Source: Heteronotia binoei
Taxonomy: Eukaryota
Assembly (NCBI RefSeq): GCF_032191835.1
Contig: NC_083226.1
Coordinates: 2,418,001 to 2,482,000 of the forward strand
DNA length: 64,000 bases
Direction of reading: 5' to 3'
The translations under genes and the position numbers were made by a program. Under the pieces are notes generated by a model. That model was not told the DNA's origin. It did no database searches and saw only the letters and a program-made list of their open reading frames with translations. Below are positions 1-9,759 of this stretch, in pieces. Each line of letters opens with the position of its first letter. Position 1 is the stretch's first letter.

Positions 1-193
1 TAATGGAGAAAATACAGGTTTTGCTGTGTAGTTCCTGTGCGATTGAGCAAGCCTGGCAAAGCAAGATGTGATGCAGAAGGAAGCAACAGGGAGGGAGAAG
101 GAAGCAGACAACAGCCAGTTGCTCGGGGGCCTGATAGGAGCCCTCCAAGGAAGGGCCTGATTCAGCCCCCGGCCCGCATGTTTGACACCCCTG
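1..193 (+). mobile_element. 3' end of a non-autonomous hAT-type MITE (CAGGGGTGTCAAAC family)
   Basis: Ends ...GCATGTTTGACACCCCTG; internal sequence shared with the copies at 22027, 24660, 26669 and 48942. Confidence 0.75.
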
Positions 194-644
194 CTCTAAC
201 AGATCTACAAAGCAGCTTAAAGTAAAACTAAAATAAAGCAATAATGTCAAACAAAAGTTCTGAACTACCACACAACACACAAGATACCAGCTAGTACACA
301 AAGTAACACTGGCCAGTATGCAGATGTAACAGTTGAAAACTTGCCACCATAATCACTTCACATCATGCTATTTTAGCCTGGTTTCGAAAGCAGGATGGGG
401 CAAAACTTGAATGGGCTTTCCTAGGGAAGGGATTTCACAGCTTCAGTCAAGGCCAATGGTGCTAAACAGGGTTATTTTATTACTCAAAATTGCCTATGCA
501 TTGCACCAAGAGGGAGATGGGGGAATCTTGTGGTGACTCTTCAGAAAGCGCACAAGGTCAGTAGCCATCCAACATTCACTGGTGGGGTCACATAGCACAA
601 GCCATTTTTGGATTAAGGATAACCCAGGCTAGCCCAAATCTGTT

Positions 645-830
645 AGAGTTTGGAAGCTAAGCAGGGTCAGTCCTGGTTAGTAGTTGGATGGGAAGTGACC
701 AAGTTCAGTGTTGCTATGCAGAGGAAGTCAATGGCAAACCATCTCTGAGCTTCTCTTGCCTTGAAAACTCCATGAATGGGCACCATTAAATAGTTGCAAC
801 TTGATGGCACATGACAATGATGATGACGAC
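645..830 (+). mobile_element. 5S rRNA-derived SINE (5S-Sauria-like)
   Basis: Head GGAAGCTAAGCAGGGTCAGTCCTGGTTAGTAGTTGGATGGGA resembles the 5S rRNA internal control region; body ATGGCAAACCA...CTTGCCTTGAAAA and tail resemble Sauria/BovB-type SINEs. Confidence 0.6.
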
Positions 831-849
831 AGCAGTTTACAGGAGGAAG

Positions 850-1090
850 TGATCCTTCAGGTACCCTAGTCCCAGACCGCTTTAGGCAAAGTGATTTTTT
901 TAAAGGGGACCAGAAATGACTGAGAAGTCAGGGAAGTTGTCTCAGAATGGGAGTTGAGCAGCTCACCCAAGCTAGCATCCCCTCTGTGGATGCATTCTGA
1001 ACCAAGGTGCAGTTTCTGGACCCTTTTCAAAAGCATCCTAGTGCATCCTTCACTAGGACTCTGAAAGTCACCAAGTCATGTGTCCAGAGG
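850..1090 (-). mobile_element. Degraded L2-like LINE fragment
   Basis: Sequence style resembles the L2 ORF2 3' region on the minus strand; heavily diverged. Confidence 0.3.
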
Positions 1091-2167
1091 GTCTGAGGAG
1101 GCAGACGTAGACAGCAGAGGCTGGAAATGAAGGGGATAGAAATTGTGAAAAGGTGGATATGGGGAAGGTGGGGAGACAGGATCTGGACTCCCCAAGGTCC
1201 AGAGACAGGTAGCCCAGCAGGAAGAGGTTGACCTGGAGGAAGGTCACCTTCTCCACCAGAGCCAGGTCCAGGCATGAGCAATGAGGGGTGAGGATGTCTC
1301 CCAGGTGGGAGAGCATCCACTCACTCTGGACAGTGGTGGGCCGGAGAGGAGGCTCATGCTACACAAGGGAGGTCAGGCCACCTGACAGCCTCACATGGCC
1401 ACTGCTCCAGGGGGTTGGAGTTGGGGGGTTTGGCAAGGTACTCTCTCACCTCTGCTAGGGCATGCCAGGACCCCCCCCCCAACACTATCGACTTCCCAGC
1501 TCACCGCTGAACGCAGAATGCTTCATTTGCCTTAAAATTCTTGACCAAAATGCCTCTCCCTTGCATTTTGTCTTTCTTCCTCCCAAACCTGATGCATGTG
1601 CACCACTGTTTCCTCAGCCATTCCTGGCTGATCTGACTTCTGTCCTCCTTTAGTGCCAACAATATTCTGGGATCCCTGCCCACAGTGGCTACAAACAAAC
1701 ACAAGTTTTGCCCAGGTCAGATGCAGAGCAAACACTGAAACACAAAGGCCCCAAATGGGTAGAATCTTTGTCCTGTGATCTCCAAAGGAACAGAGAAATT
1801 TCTTATCAAGCCATCAGGTCTGAATTTTAGAAGCAAAAATGTCTGAATTGAGGCTGTCAGGAGTCTCTGGACAAGAGCAAGACCTAATGAGGCAAACTAG
1901 GCAGTTGCCTAGGGCGCCAGCCTTCTGGGAGTCCCACATTGGGGCCTCCCATGTGACTCAGTGACATTATCAGTGCGGGGGGGGGGGGGAGCCTTGCCAC
2001 TCAAGGGAGCCACATGCCTCTTTGCAGGAGTTCAGCAAGGCTTTTTGACAATAGAACCTTTTGGAGGCCATTAGTTCATAGGGTCATTATAAATCAGAAG
2101 CAACTTACTTCACACACACACACACACAGAGCCAGGTCTCTGACCCTTTAGATTTGTTGTTATATAT

Positions 2168-2462
2168 CAGGGGTGGCCAAACTGTGGCTCGGGAGCCACA
2201 GTTCTTTTACATATATTGTGTGGCTCTCAAAGCCCCTCCACCATCTCGACTGGCTTGGAGAAGACATTTCTCTCTTTAAATCACTGCTCCTAGTCAAGCC
2301 AGCCAGTGGCTTGGAAAATGCATTTAAAGTTGCTTTCCTTCCAACTCTCTCCCCCAGTTTATCTTCCTTCCTTCCAACATCTGAGGTTTGTTTATTGTGG
2401 CTCTCAAGCATCTGATGTTTATTCTTTGTGGCTCTTATGGTAAGCAAGTTTGGCCACCTCTG
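2168..2462. mobile_element. hAT MITE
   Basis: TIRs CAGGGGTGGCCAAACT / AGTTTGGCCACCTCTG; perfect 8-bp TSD TTATATAT (2160-2167, 2463-2470). Confidence 0.85.
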
Positions 2463-2517
2463 TTATATATCAAGGCCTGCTGGCTGGTTTGTGCTATCTG
2501 GGGAAGGTCATATAGGC

Positions 2518-2655
2518 CAGGGGTGGCCAACGGTAGCTCTCCGGATGGTTTTTTTGCCTACAACTCCCATCAGCCCCAGCCAGCATGGCCAATGGCTGGG
2601 GCTGATGGGAGTTGTAGGCAAAAAACATCTGGAGAGCTACCGTTGGCCACCCCTG
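2518..2655. mobile_element. 138-bp near-perfect palindromic hAT MITE
   Basis: The whole element is an inverted repeat (CAGGGGTGGCCAACGGTAGCTCTCC...GGAGAGCTACCGTTGGCCACCCCTG); 8-bp TSD ATATAGGC/ATATAGAC. Confidence 0.85.
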
Positions 2656-3209
2656 ATATAGACAGACTTTTGTCTGGGCATAATTTGACATTTACATGGA
2701 GTGCTTGGTTTGTGCTAGAAGTTACCTGCCTGGTGATAAAGGAGTTGAGGGCAAGTCCACTTCTCTACTGTGTGAACCACTTTCCCAGCAAGAGTGGAGA
2801 CTAGACTGGTTATTGGAGCTTAGACTAAAATTTGGTAGCACATGAAGAACCCTTTTAGCTTTTCCAAAATCTATGGATATTTGAATTAAAGCAGTTTTAT
2901 TCATGAAGGGACAGCTGCGTCTCCACCAAGGTGCTGATTCTTTGTTTGGCTGCCAATAATGGATTGAATTTATCTAGGAACTGAATTTTAAAAATTGGAA
3001 GAAAATGCTATTTTTTCTTTACTTCCTTGTTCCTTATGCTTGTAAATTATGCATTTATTACCTTGGATCTTGGCAGAATGAATCCATCTCTGTTCACTCA
3101 CTTATTGCCTTGCAGCTTGGCTGGGCCATTACATGTTAAATTAACTGGAATAGAAAGAAGTGGCTGCCACATTGCTGAAACGATCCCTAATTTTTTTAAA
3201 AGCTCAGAG

Positions 3210-3313
3210 CATAAGAACATAAGAGAAGCCATGTTAGATCAGGTCAATGGCCCATCCAGTCCAACACTATGTGTCACACAGTGGCAAAAAAAAAATTACA
3301 CACACACACACAC

Positions 3314-3344
<31 letters not shown>

Positions 3345-3759
3345 TACAGACAAACTGTTCCTAATAGCCACTGATGGACCTCTGCTCCATATTTTTATCT
3401 AAACCCCTCTTGAAGGTGGCTATGCTTGTGGCCGCCACCACCTCCTGTGGCAGTGAATTCCACATGTTAATCACCCTTTGGGTGAAGAAGTACTTCCTTT
3501 TATCCGTTTTAACCTGTCTGCTCAGCAATTTCATCGAATGCCCACGAGTTCTTGTATTGTGAGAAAAGGAGAAAAGTACTTCTTTCTCTACTTTCTCCAT
3601 CCCATGCATTATCTTGTAAACCTCTATCATGTCACCCCGCAGTCGACGTTTCTCCAAGCTAAAGAGTCCCAGGCGTTTCAACCTTTCTTCATAGGGAAAG
3701 TGTTCCAGCCCTTTAATCATTCTAGTTGCCCTTTTCTGGACTTTCTCCAATGCTATAAT
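3210..3759 (-). mobile_element. CR1 LINE copy A, 3' segment (ORF2 C-terminus and 3'UTR)
   Basis: [47 protein letters not shown]...RTRGHSMKL...YFFTQRVINMWNSLP is the CR1 ORF2 C-terminus; continues seamlessly at 9760 once the Gypsy is removed. Confidence 0.92.
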
Positions 3760-4357
3760 ATTCAGCCTGTGATTCATTGAAGCAATTGTATTGTGTGATC
3801 CTATATATTTCATACTCACTAACCCCATTGCTGAATAAACCTATGCCTTACTAATCCATGTGCACTGTTAGAGAAAGGGAGGGGTGGGAGCCAAGGTTGC
3901 CAGAACTCCAAAGGCAGATAAAACCTTTGAAGTGCAAAGCGCCAAGCTAGAAGAAGAAGAGGATATTGGATTTATATCCCGCCCTCCACTCCGAAGAGTC
4001 TCAGAGCGGCTCACAATCTCCTTTACCTTCCTCCCCTACAACAGACACCCTGTGAGGTGGGTGGGGCTGGAGAGAGCTCTCACAGCAGCTGCCCTTTCAA
4101 GGACAACCTCTGCCAGACCTATGGCTGACCCAAGGCCATTCCAGCAGGTGCAGGTGGAGGAGTGGGGAATCAAACCTGGTTCTCCCAGATAAGAGTCCGC
4201 ACACTTAACCACTACACCAAACTGGCTCTCCAAACTAGCCTCTCTGGCGCCTCCTAAACGGAGCAAGGACATCACCGGGGGGGAGAGCACAGCCATCTCC
4301 AGGAAAAGATAATGCAGCGTGTGAAAGTATCACTTGTAGAACTGACTGTAGCTGACA
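3760..4357 (+). repeat. 5' LTR (carries a SINE insertion and a 159-nt deletion)
   Basis: Matches 9291-9759 except for the SINE at 3951-4229 and the missing equivalent of 9595-9753; ends GCTGACA. The first two bases read AT rather than TG. Confidence 0.9.
3951..4229 (-). mobile_element. Squam3-type tRNA-derived SINE inserted in the 5' LTR
   Basis: Head (rc) AGAGCCAGTTTGGTGTAGTGGTTAAGTGTGCGGACTCTTATCTGGGAGAACC, L2-like tail with (CTT)n; 9-bp TSD CCAAGCTAG/CCAAACTAG; absent from the 3' LTR. Confidence 0.85.
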
Positions 4358-4359
4358 TT

Positions 4360-4370
4360 TTGAAAGTGAT
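4360..4370 (+). promoter_or_regulatory. Self-priming primer-binding site (non-tRNA PBS)
   Basis: TTGAAAGTGAT lies 2 nt after the LTR end and is the exact reverse complement of ATCACTTTCAA at 9644-9654 in the intact LTR; there is no TGG-type tRNA PBS. Confidence 0.8.
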
Positions 4371-4409
4371 CCCCTACGGGGCTTATCGGCGCAAGTTACT
4401 TTGTAGCAG

Positions 4410-5833
4410 ATGGCCGCAAAAGCACCTGACGACCGAGAGCCCTCAGAACCGGTTGAGCTGCCGGGGATCCCAGCGTGGCACATCATCGAGCCTCGCCAGG
4501 CCAAGAAAGTAAGCCAAGTGTTCATCACCCCAAAAGCTGCCTTGATGGACGAGGCGGTGCAACGGCGCGCCAAGATCCTCCGGACCCCGGGAGAACAGGA
4601 CGACCCGATTGAACCGGAGGACCAGGGGAGCCGTCCCCTGGGAGAGGAAGGCGGAGGGGACTGCCCGGATCCAGAGCACCTACCGTCGGGGTTCGAGCAA
4701 GGGGATGAGGGCGATTTGAAATCCCCGTCCCCGAAACGCGATCAGATGGAGGATCTGAGGTGGGAGATGGAAGCCATGAACCTAGATCTGCGAAGGGAAA
4801 TTAAGGCGAACATATCGCTGGTCGTGCGTGAAGTGCAAAGGCAGATCGACTAAGCCCTGGCTCACGCTCCTGGGGGGGGGGGGGACCGGTGGTGCCCGTG
4901 CCATCGGCGGTCCCCGCACCACCAGCCGGCCCCACAGCACTGGCCGGCCCCGCCGCCCTGGGGCCCCGAGTGAAGACACGCGAACTCAATGTCACCTTCG
5001 ACGGGAGCCCGAGCAAGGTGGAGTACTTCATCATACAAGCTAACAGCTACATGCACTACTGGGGGAACTCCTTCCCTGACGAGCACAGCCGGGTGGCTTA
5101 CCTAGGGTCGAAAATAATGGGGGAGGCCCAAGAGTACTACGTGAGCCTGTACAAAACCCGCGGCCCCGAGGTCGCTACCGTGGCGGTGTTCCTGGAAGCC
5201 CTGTTGGCCCAATTCGAGGACCCACTACAAGAGACTTGGGCCGAGTCTGCCCTGCAGGACCTCCGGCAGGGGAACAAGTCGATCCGGGAATACATGCTAG
5301 AATTCTGGACCCACTGCCGGAAGGTGCGAGGTTGGAGCGAGGCAATGAAGATCATGGGGTACCGAAGGGACCTGAACGCCGGATTGCTGAATCGGGCCCT
5401 GGGGCAAGCGAGACCCAAGACGCTGGTCGGGTGGATCCAGATGGCGGGGGAGGTTGAGACCAACATGAAGGCCGTGGCCCTCCAGCGCCAACAGCACCAG
5501 GGGAAGATGGGCCACGAACCCAAGACCGCTCCGAAATCCGAGGGGAGAAAAGCCGCAGGGGGGGGCGCCAAACCCCTTCCCCCCGCCCTCCGCTGCTACC
5601 AGTGCGGGGACCCAAATCATCTCGCCTCTAACTGCCCGGAGAGAGCCCGAGCCACTACCCCCCTCCCGAAGGGGGCGCCGACAGCAGGCAAGAAGCCGGG
5701 CAAGCCGACGGAGTCGGGCCAGAGCAGCACCACCCTGTCGATGGTGCTTGACGAGGATTCTATAATGCTGGAGGAGTTGGGGGAAGACCCGTGGGAAACC
5801 GAGCCAGCGGGAAACGGGACCGACCTGCACTAG
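4410..5833 (+). pseudogene. Gypsy gag (broken by a stop at 4851-4853 and a frame change across a poly-G run)
   Basis: Capsid-like VTFDGSPSKVEYFIIQANSYM...LQDLRQG, CCHC knuckle CYQCGDPNHLASNC; split into ORFs 4410-4853 and 4889-5833. Confidence 0.88.
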
Positions 5834-5854
5834 AGGGTGCCCAGCGGCAGGTCG
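5809..5854 (+). promoter_or_regulatory. -1 programmed ribosomal frameshift signal (G GGA AAC + stem-loop)
   Basis: Heptamer 5809-5815 in the correct gag phase, 5-nt spacer, 8-bp stem CGACCTGC (5821-5828) / GCAGGTCG (5847-5854); the protease ORF is in the -1 frame. Confidence 0.8.
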
Positions 5855-8800
5855 TGGAGAAGGCGGCACCACTACAGGTGAAGATATCGGGGGAATTGAT
5901 GTTTGTACCATTGACTTTACTAAACGTAAGGCTAAAGCGGTTTGTGCATGCCAGAGCCCTCATAGAATTGGGGTGCACAAGGGAGATAATAACCCCTAGG
6001 TTAGTGGAAATGCTCGAACTCGCCAAAGTACTACCCAGGCCCCTCGAGTTTGAGCAAATGGACGAGACTCGGATGAAGGGGGAGCCCTGCATAGAGCAGA
6101 AACAGGAGGTCCCCATTGGCGTAGAGGACCACTGGGACTTAGAAGTGTTTGTGGTCTCCCCGTCCTGCTCGTTCGACATCGTACTGGGGGTGGCTGTCCC
6201 GACACCACCCGGACATACAATGGGGAGAGCACACCGTTGACTTCCTCGATACATGGTGTACTTCTCACCTTTGGCGAGAACTGTGGGGCCCCCGACCACC
6301 GCCCAAAAATGAGAAGCTGTGTGTCACCATAGGGGAGATTAAGATCATCCCCCGGGAGTACCGGGACCTGAAGGGCGCGTTCAGCGAAATCGTAGCCGAT
6401 GAACTGCCGCCCCACCGAAGCACTGACTGCGCCATAGAGCTCATCCCCGGCCAGTTGCTGCCCAAGGCAAAACTCTACTCAATGGGGTGGGCGGAAAAAG
6501 CGGAACTACGGAAGTTCCTAGATAAAAACTTGCGGCGGGGCTTCATCCGCCCGGCCACCGCCCCGCACGCCGCCCCGGTCCTCTTCCGAAAGAAGAAGGA
6601 CGGGAGCCTGAGACTTTGTACCGACTTTCCGCCCAAAAATGAGAAATCAATGAGAAATCAATGGGATTTCCATGTCGAATGCCTACCCCATCCCCCTGAT
6701 CAAAGACTTACTGAGCGCCGTCTCGGAGGGGTTGATATTCACTAAACTCGACCTGCACAATGCCACTTCCGTGTTAGAATAAAAGAGGGGGATGAGTGGA
6801 AAATGGCGTTCAACATGCCGATGGGACAGTTTGGATACCTGGTGATGCCTTTCGGCCTGCAAGGGGACCTGGGGGGGTTCATGACCTTTATCAACGAAGT
6901 GCTAAGGAAGTACCTGTACAGGGGGGTGGTGGTGTACCTGGATGACATTATTTATTCGAAAGACCTCCCCTCCCACGTAAAGCTAGTGCGGGAAGTCCTC
7001 ACGACCCTGAATGAGAACAAACTATACGCCAAACTATCCAAATGCGAGTTCCATAAAGAGGAATTGGATTACCTGGGATTCCAGGTGTCGGGCAAGGGGC
7101 TGGCCATGGACCCCGCCAAAATACAAGCAGTGCTAGATTGGGAACCCCCGAGAACACGTAGACAGCTACAGTCCTTCCTTGGATTCGCAAATTTTTACAG
7201 GTCGTTCATACAGGGGTTCGCGAAAGTGGCCCTCCCCCTGATGGACCTTCTCCAAACAAAGGGGAAGGGACCTGAAGCGAAAAAGCCCGGGGCTAAGCTA
7301 AATTGGACTAAGCCATGTCAGGAGGCGTTCGACACCCTCAAGCGCCTATTCACAAGTGAACCTGTCCTGGTGCACCCAGACGAACTCAAACCCTTTGTGG
7401 TCCAGTGCGACGCCTCCGACACGGCCGTAGGGGCAATATTGATGCAAAAAGATGACAGGGGGCAACTGAGACCCTGTGCCTATATTTCCCGAAAGTTTTC
7501 AAACGAACAAAGAAATTGGTCGGTGTGGTACAAAGAAGCCTATGCAGTGACTTTTGCTTTAAAAACTTGGCGATCGTGGTTGGAGTGAGCCCGGGTCCCG
7601 TTCGAAATCTGGACCGACCACAAAAATTTAGAGGTGCTCACCAGGCGCCGCAAGCTGACCGGGAAGCAGATTCGGTGGGCGGGATTCTTAGCTAAATTCG
7701 ACTTCACCCTCCGCTCCATCCCCGGATCCAAAACCTTTTTGGCAGATGCACTCTCTCGGCTACCGCAGCACAAGAGCGAGAGGGAGGAAGTCATAGACTC
7801 TCTCATTCCCCCCGAAGCAGTGGCCGGCGCTGTCCAGACCCGATCAAAGACGGCCGCCCAGAAAAATAGTCCCAGGGGGGGAACAAACTAGTAGCGGAAG
7901 CGGAGGCAGAAGGAAAAGATCGGCCCGAGGGAGTCAAAAAGGGGGAAGGGGGGTTCTGGTACCACGAAGGGAAACTGTACATCCCCAAGTCCCTAAGGGT
8001 GGAGGTGTTACAACACTGCCACACCAACAAACTAGCAGGACACTTTGGGTACATGGAGACCCTCCACCTGGTCCACCGGCAATTCTGGTGGCCGCAAATG
8101 AAAAAAGACATTTCAGAATTTGTGCAAACCTGCCCTACCTGCCTCATGGCTAAGCAGAGGGGGGGAAGGTGCCGGGACTCCTACAGCCCCTCCCTACGGC
8201 CGAGCGGCCCTGGTCGATTGTGTCAATGGACTTTATAGTAGAACTGCCGCCCTCCAGGGGCCGAACAGTAATACTGGTGGTAGTAGACACTTTCTCAAAG
8301 CAAGCCCACTTCATTCCTTGCCGAAAACTCCCCACAGCAAAGGAACTAGCCTATCTGTTCTTTCTGCACGTGGTTAGGGTCCACTCGTTCCCAGATAAGG
8401 TAATTAGCGACCGCGGGCCACAGTTCGTTGCCAACTTCTGGCGGGAGTTTTGCAAACTAACCGGGATGGAGCAGGGGTTGAGCTCTGCCTACCACCCACA
8501 AACGGACGGTCAAAGCGAGCAGGTGAACGGACTGCTGGAGCAATACCTACGCTGCTATGTGAATTTCCAACAGTCCAACTGGGTGGAGCTCCTCCCCTTT
8601 GCCGAATATGGCTACAACAACAGCCTCCTCAGCTCCACCAAAATGTCTCCATTCCAAGCACTACACGGCTACGAGGGAAAACCTTTCCCCTCCCTCCCCC
8701 GCGGGGAAAACACCCCCCCGCCCTACACTGTCAGCAATGGTGGGAAAAACTGGAGCAATCCTGGAAGGTCATCCAGGAGAACCTAGAGGAAGCAAAAAAG

Positions 8801-9270
8801 GATTACAAAGCCCAATTCGACAAAAAGCATTGTGCAGAGTGGGACTTTAAGGAGGGAGAGACAGCGTTCCTATCCACAAAAAACCTCCCCTTGCCCCAAA
8901 CCTCCCGGAAACTAGCCTATCGATACCTAGGACCATCCAGAATAAAGAGGGTGATTAACAAAGTAACTGTAGAACTAGAACTACCCAAATTACACCCTGT
9001 TTTCCATTGCAGTCTTATCCGTCGCGATCCGGGTGGGTCGAAGTGGCATCCTCGGGACTCCGAACCGGAACATATTCTGGTGAAGGGTCAGAAACACCAT
9101 GAGGTGAAGGAGATCCTCGATGCTAAGCTCCAAAGGGGAACTCTGTACTATTTGGTTCGGTGGCGCTATTTTCCCCCCAGCTGTGATGAATGGGTGAAAG
9201 CCTCAGACTTAAAAGCGCCTCAACTCCTTAAACAATTTTACCTACTGCACCCAGACAAACCCCGAGCAAG
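5813..9270 (+). pseudogene. Gypsy pol (PR-RT-RNase H-integrase-chromodomain), multiple frameshifts and stops
   Basis: PR ALIELGC (catalytic Asp replaced by Glu); RT LPPHR...APVLFRKKKDGSLRLCTDF, YLDD; RH QCDASDTAVGAIL; IN HHCC, SMDFIVELP, ISDRGPQF, DGQSEQVN; chromodomain HEVKEILDAK...YYLVRWRYFPPSCDEWV. Confidence 0.93.
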
Positions 9271-9275
9271 AGCTT

Positions 9276-9285
9276 GGGGGGGGGG
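9276..9285 (+). promoter_or_regulatory. Polypurine tract
   Basis: G10 run ending 5 nt before the TGTCAGC start of the 3' LTR. Confidence 0.75.
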
Positions 9286-9290
9286 CAGTA

Positions 9291-9759
9291 TGTCAGCCTG
9301 TGATTCAATGAAGCAATTGTATTGTGTGTTCCTATATATTTCATACTCACTAACCCCATTGCTGAATAAACCTATGCCTTACTAATCCATGTGCACTGTT
9401 AGAGAAAGGGAGGGGTGGGAGCCAAGGTTGCCAGAACTCCAAAGGCAAATAAAACTTTTGAAGTGCAAAGCGCCAAGCTAGCCTCTCTGGCGCCTCCTAA
9501 ACGGAGCAAGGACATCAACGGGGGGGAGAGCACAGCCATCTCCAGGAAAAGATAACGCAGCATGTGAAAGTATCACTTGTAGAACTGACTGTAGTTTTAT
9601 TATGAGAAATGGTTTAAAGACCCTTCCTTTCAAGCTAATCCTTATCACTTTCAATGACTTCTAGTAGAGAGTAACATTGTTGTAAACAATAAATGAAACT
9701 AAGTTTTTAACAAACACAAGTCTGATCATTTTGGAACTTCAATGAACCCTTTGCTGACA
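9291..9759 (+). repeat. 3' LTR (complete, 469 bp)
   Basis: TGTCAGC...GCTGACA terminal inverted repeat; TTTAAA at 9613-9618, putative start ATCACTTTCAA at 9644, AATAAA at 9688-9693. Confidence 0.92.

Larger units (their letters stand above)
3760..9759 (+). mobile_element. Full-length decayed Ty3/Gypsy chromovirus (Tf1/sushi group)
   Basis: Two LTRs with about 7 substitutions over about 300 aligned nt; domain order gag(CCHC)-PR-RT-RH-IN-chromodomain; poly-G PPT; ATAAT duplicated at 3755-3759 and 9760-9764; splits a CR1. Confidence 0.95.

Noticed and set aside
645-700. 5S rRNA gene
   Set aside because: Only a partial, diverged 5S-like head fused to a SINE body.
1976-1990. Poly-G runs as functional G-quadruplexes (also 19023, 23023, 50750)
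   Set aside because: Simple homopolymers, often inside TEs, and unreliable in length in assemblies.
5793-5799. Second GGGAAAC heptamer
   Set aside because: Falls as TGG GAA ACC in the gag frame, the wrong phase for X XXY YYZ slippage.
4410-9385. Domesticated RTL/PEG10-like host gene
   Set aside because: Both LTRs are retained, the protease Asp is lost, and there are multiple stops and frameshifts: a decaying transposon.
9270-9385. Integrase ORF extension into the 3' LTR as a novel domain
   Set aside because: Most simply loss of the stop next to a poly-G run; the extension is translated LTR sequence.
9595-9759. Separate inverted LTR fragment after the Gypsy
   Set aside because: It is the R-U5 part of the 3' LTR itself (AATAAA, ends GCTGACA, colinear with the solo LTR at 55378); the 5' LTR is the deleted one.
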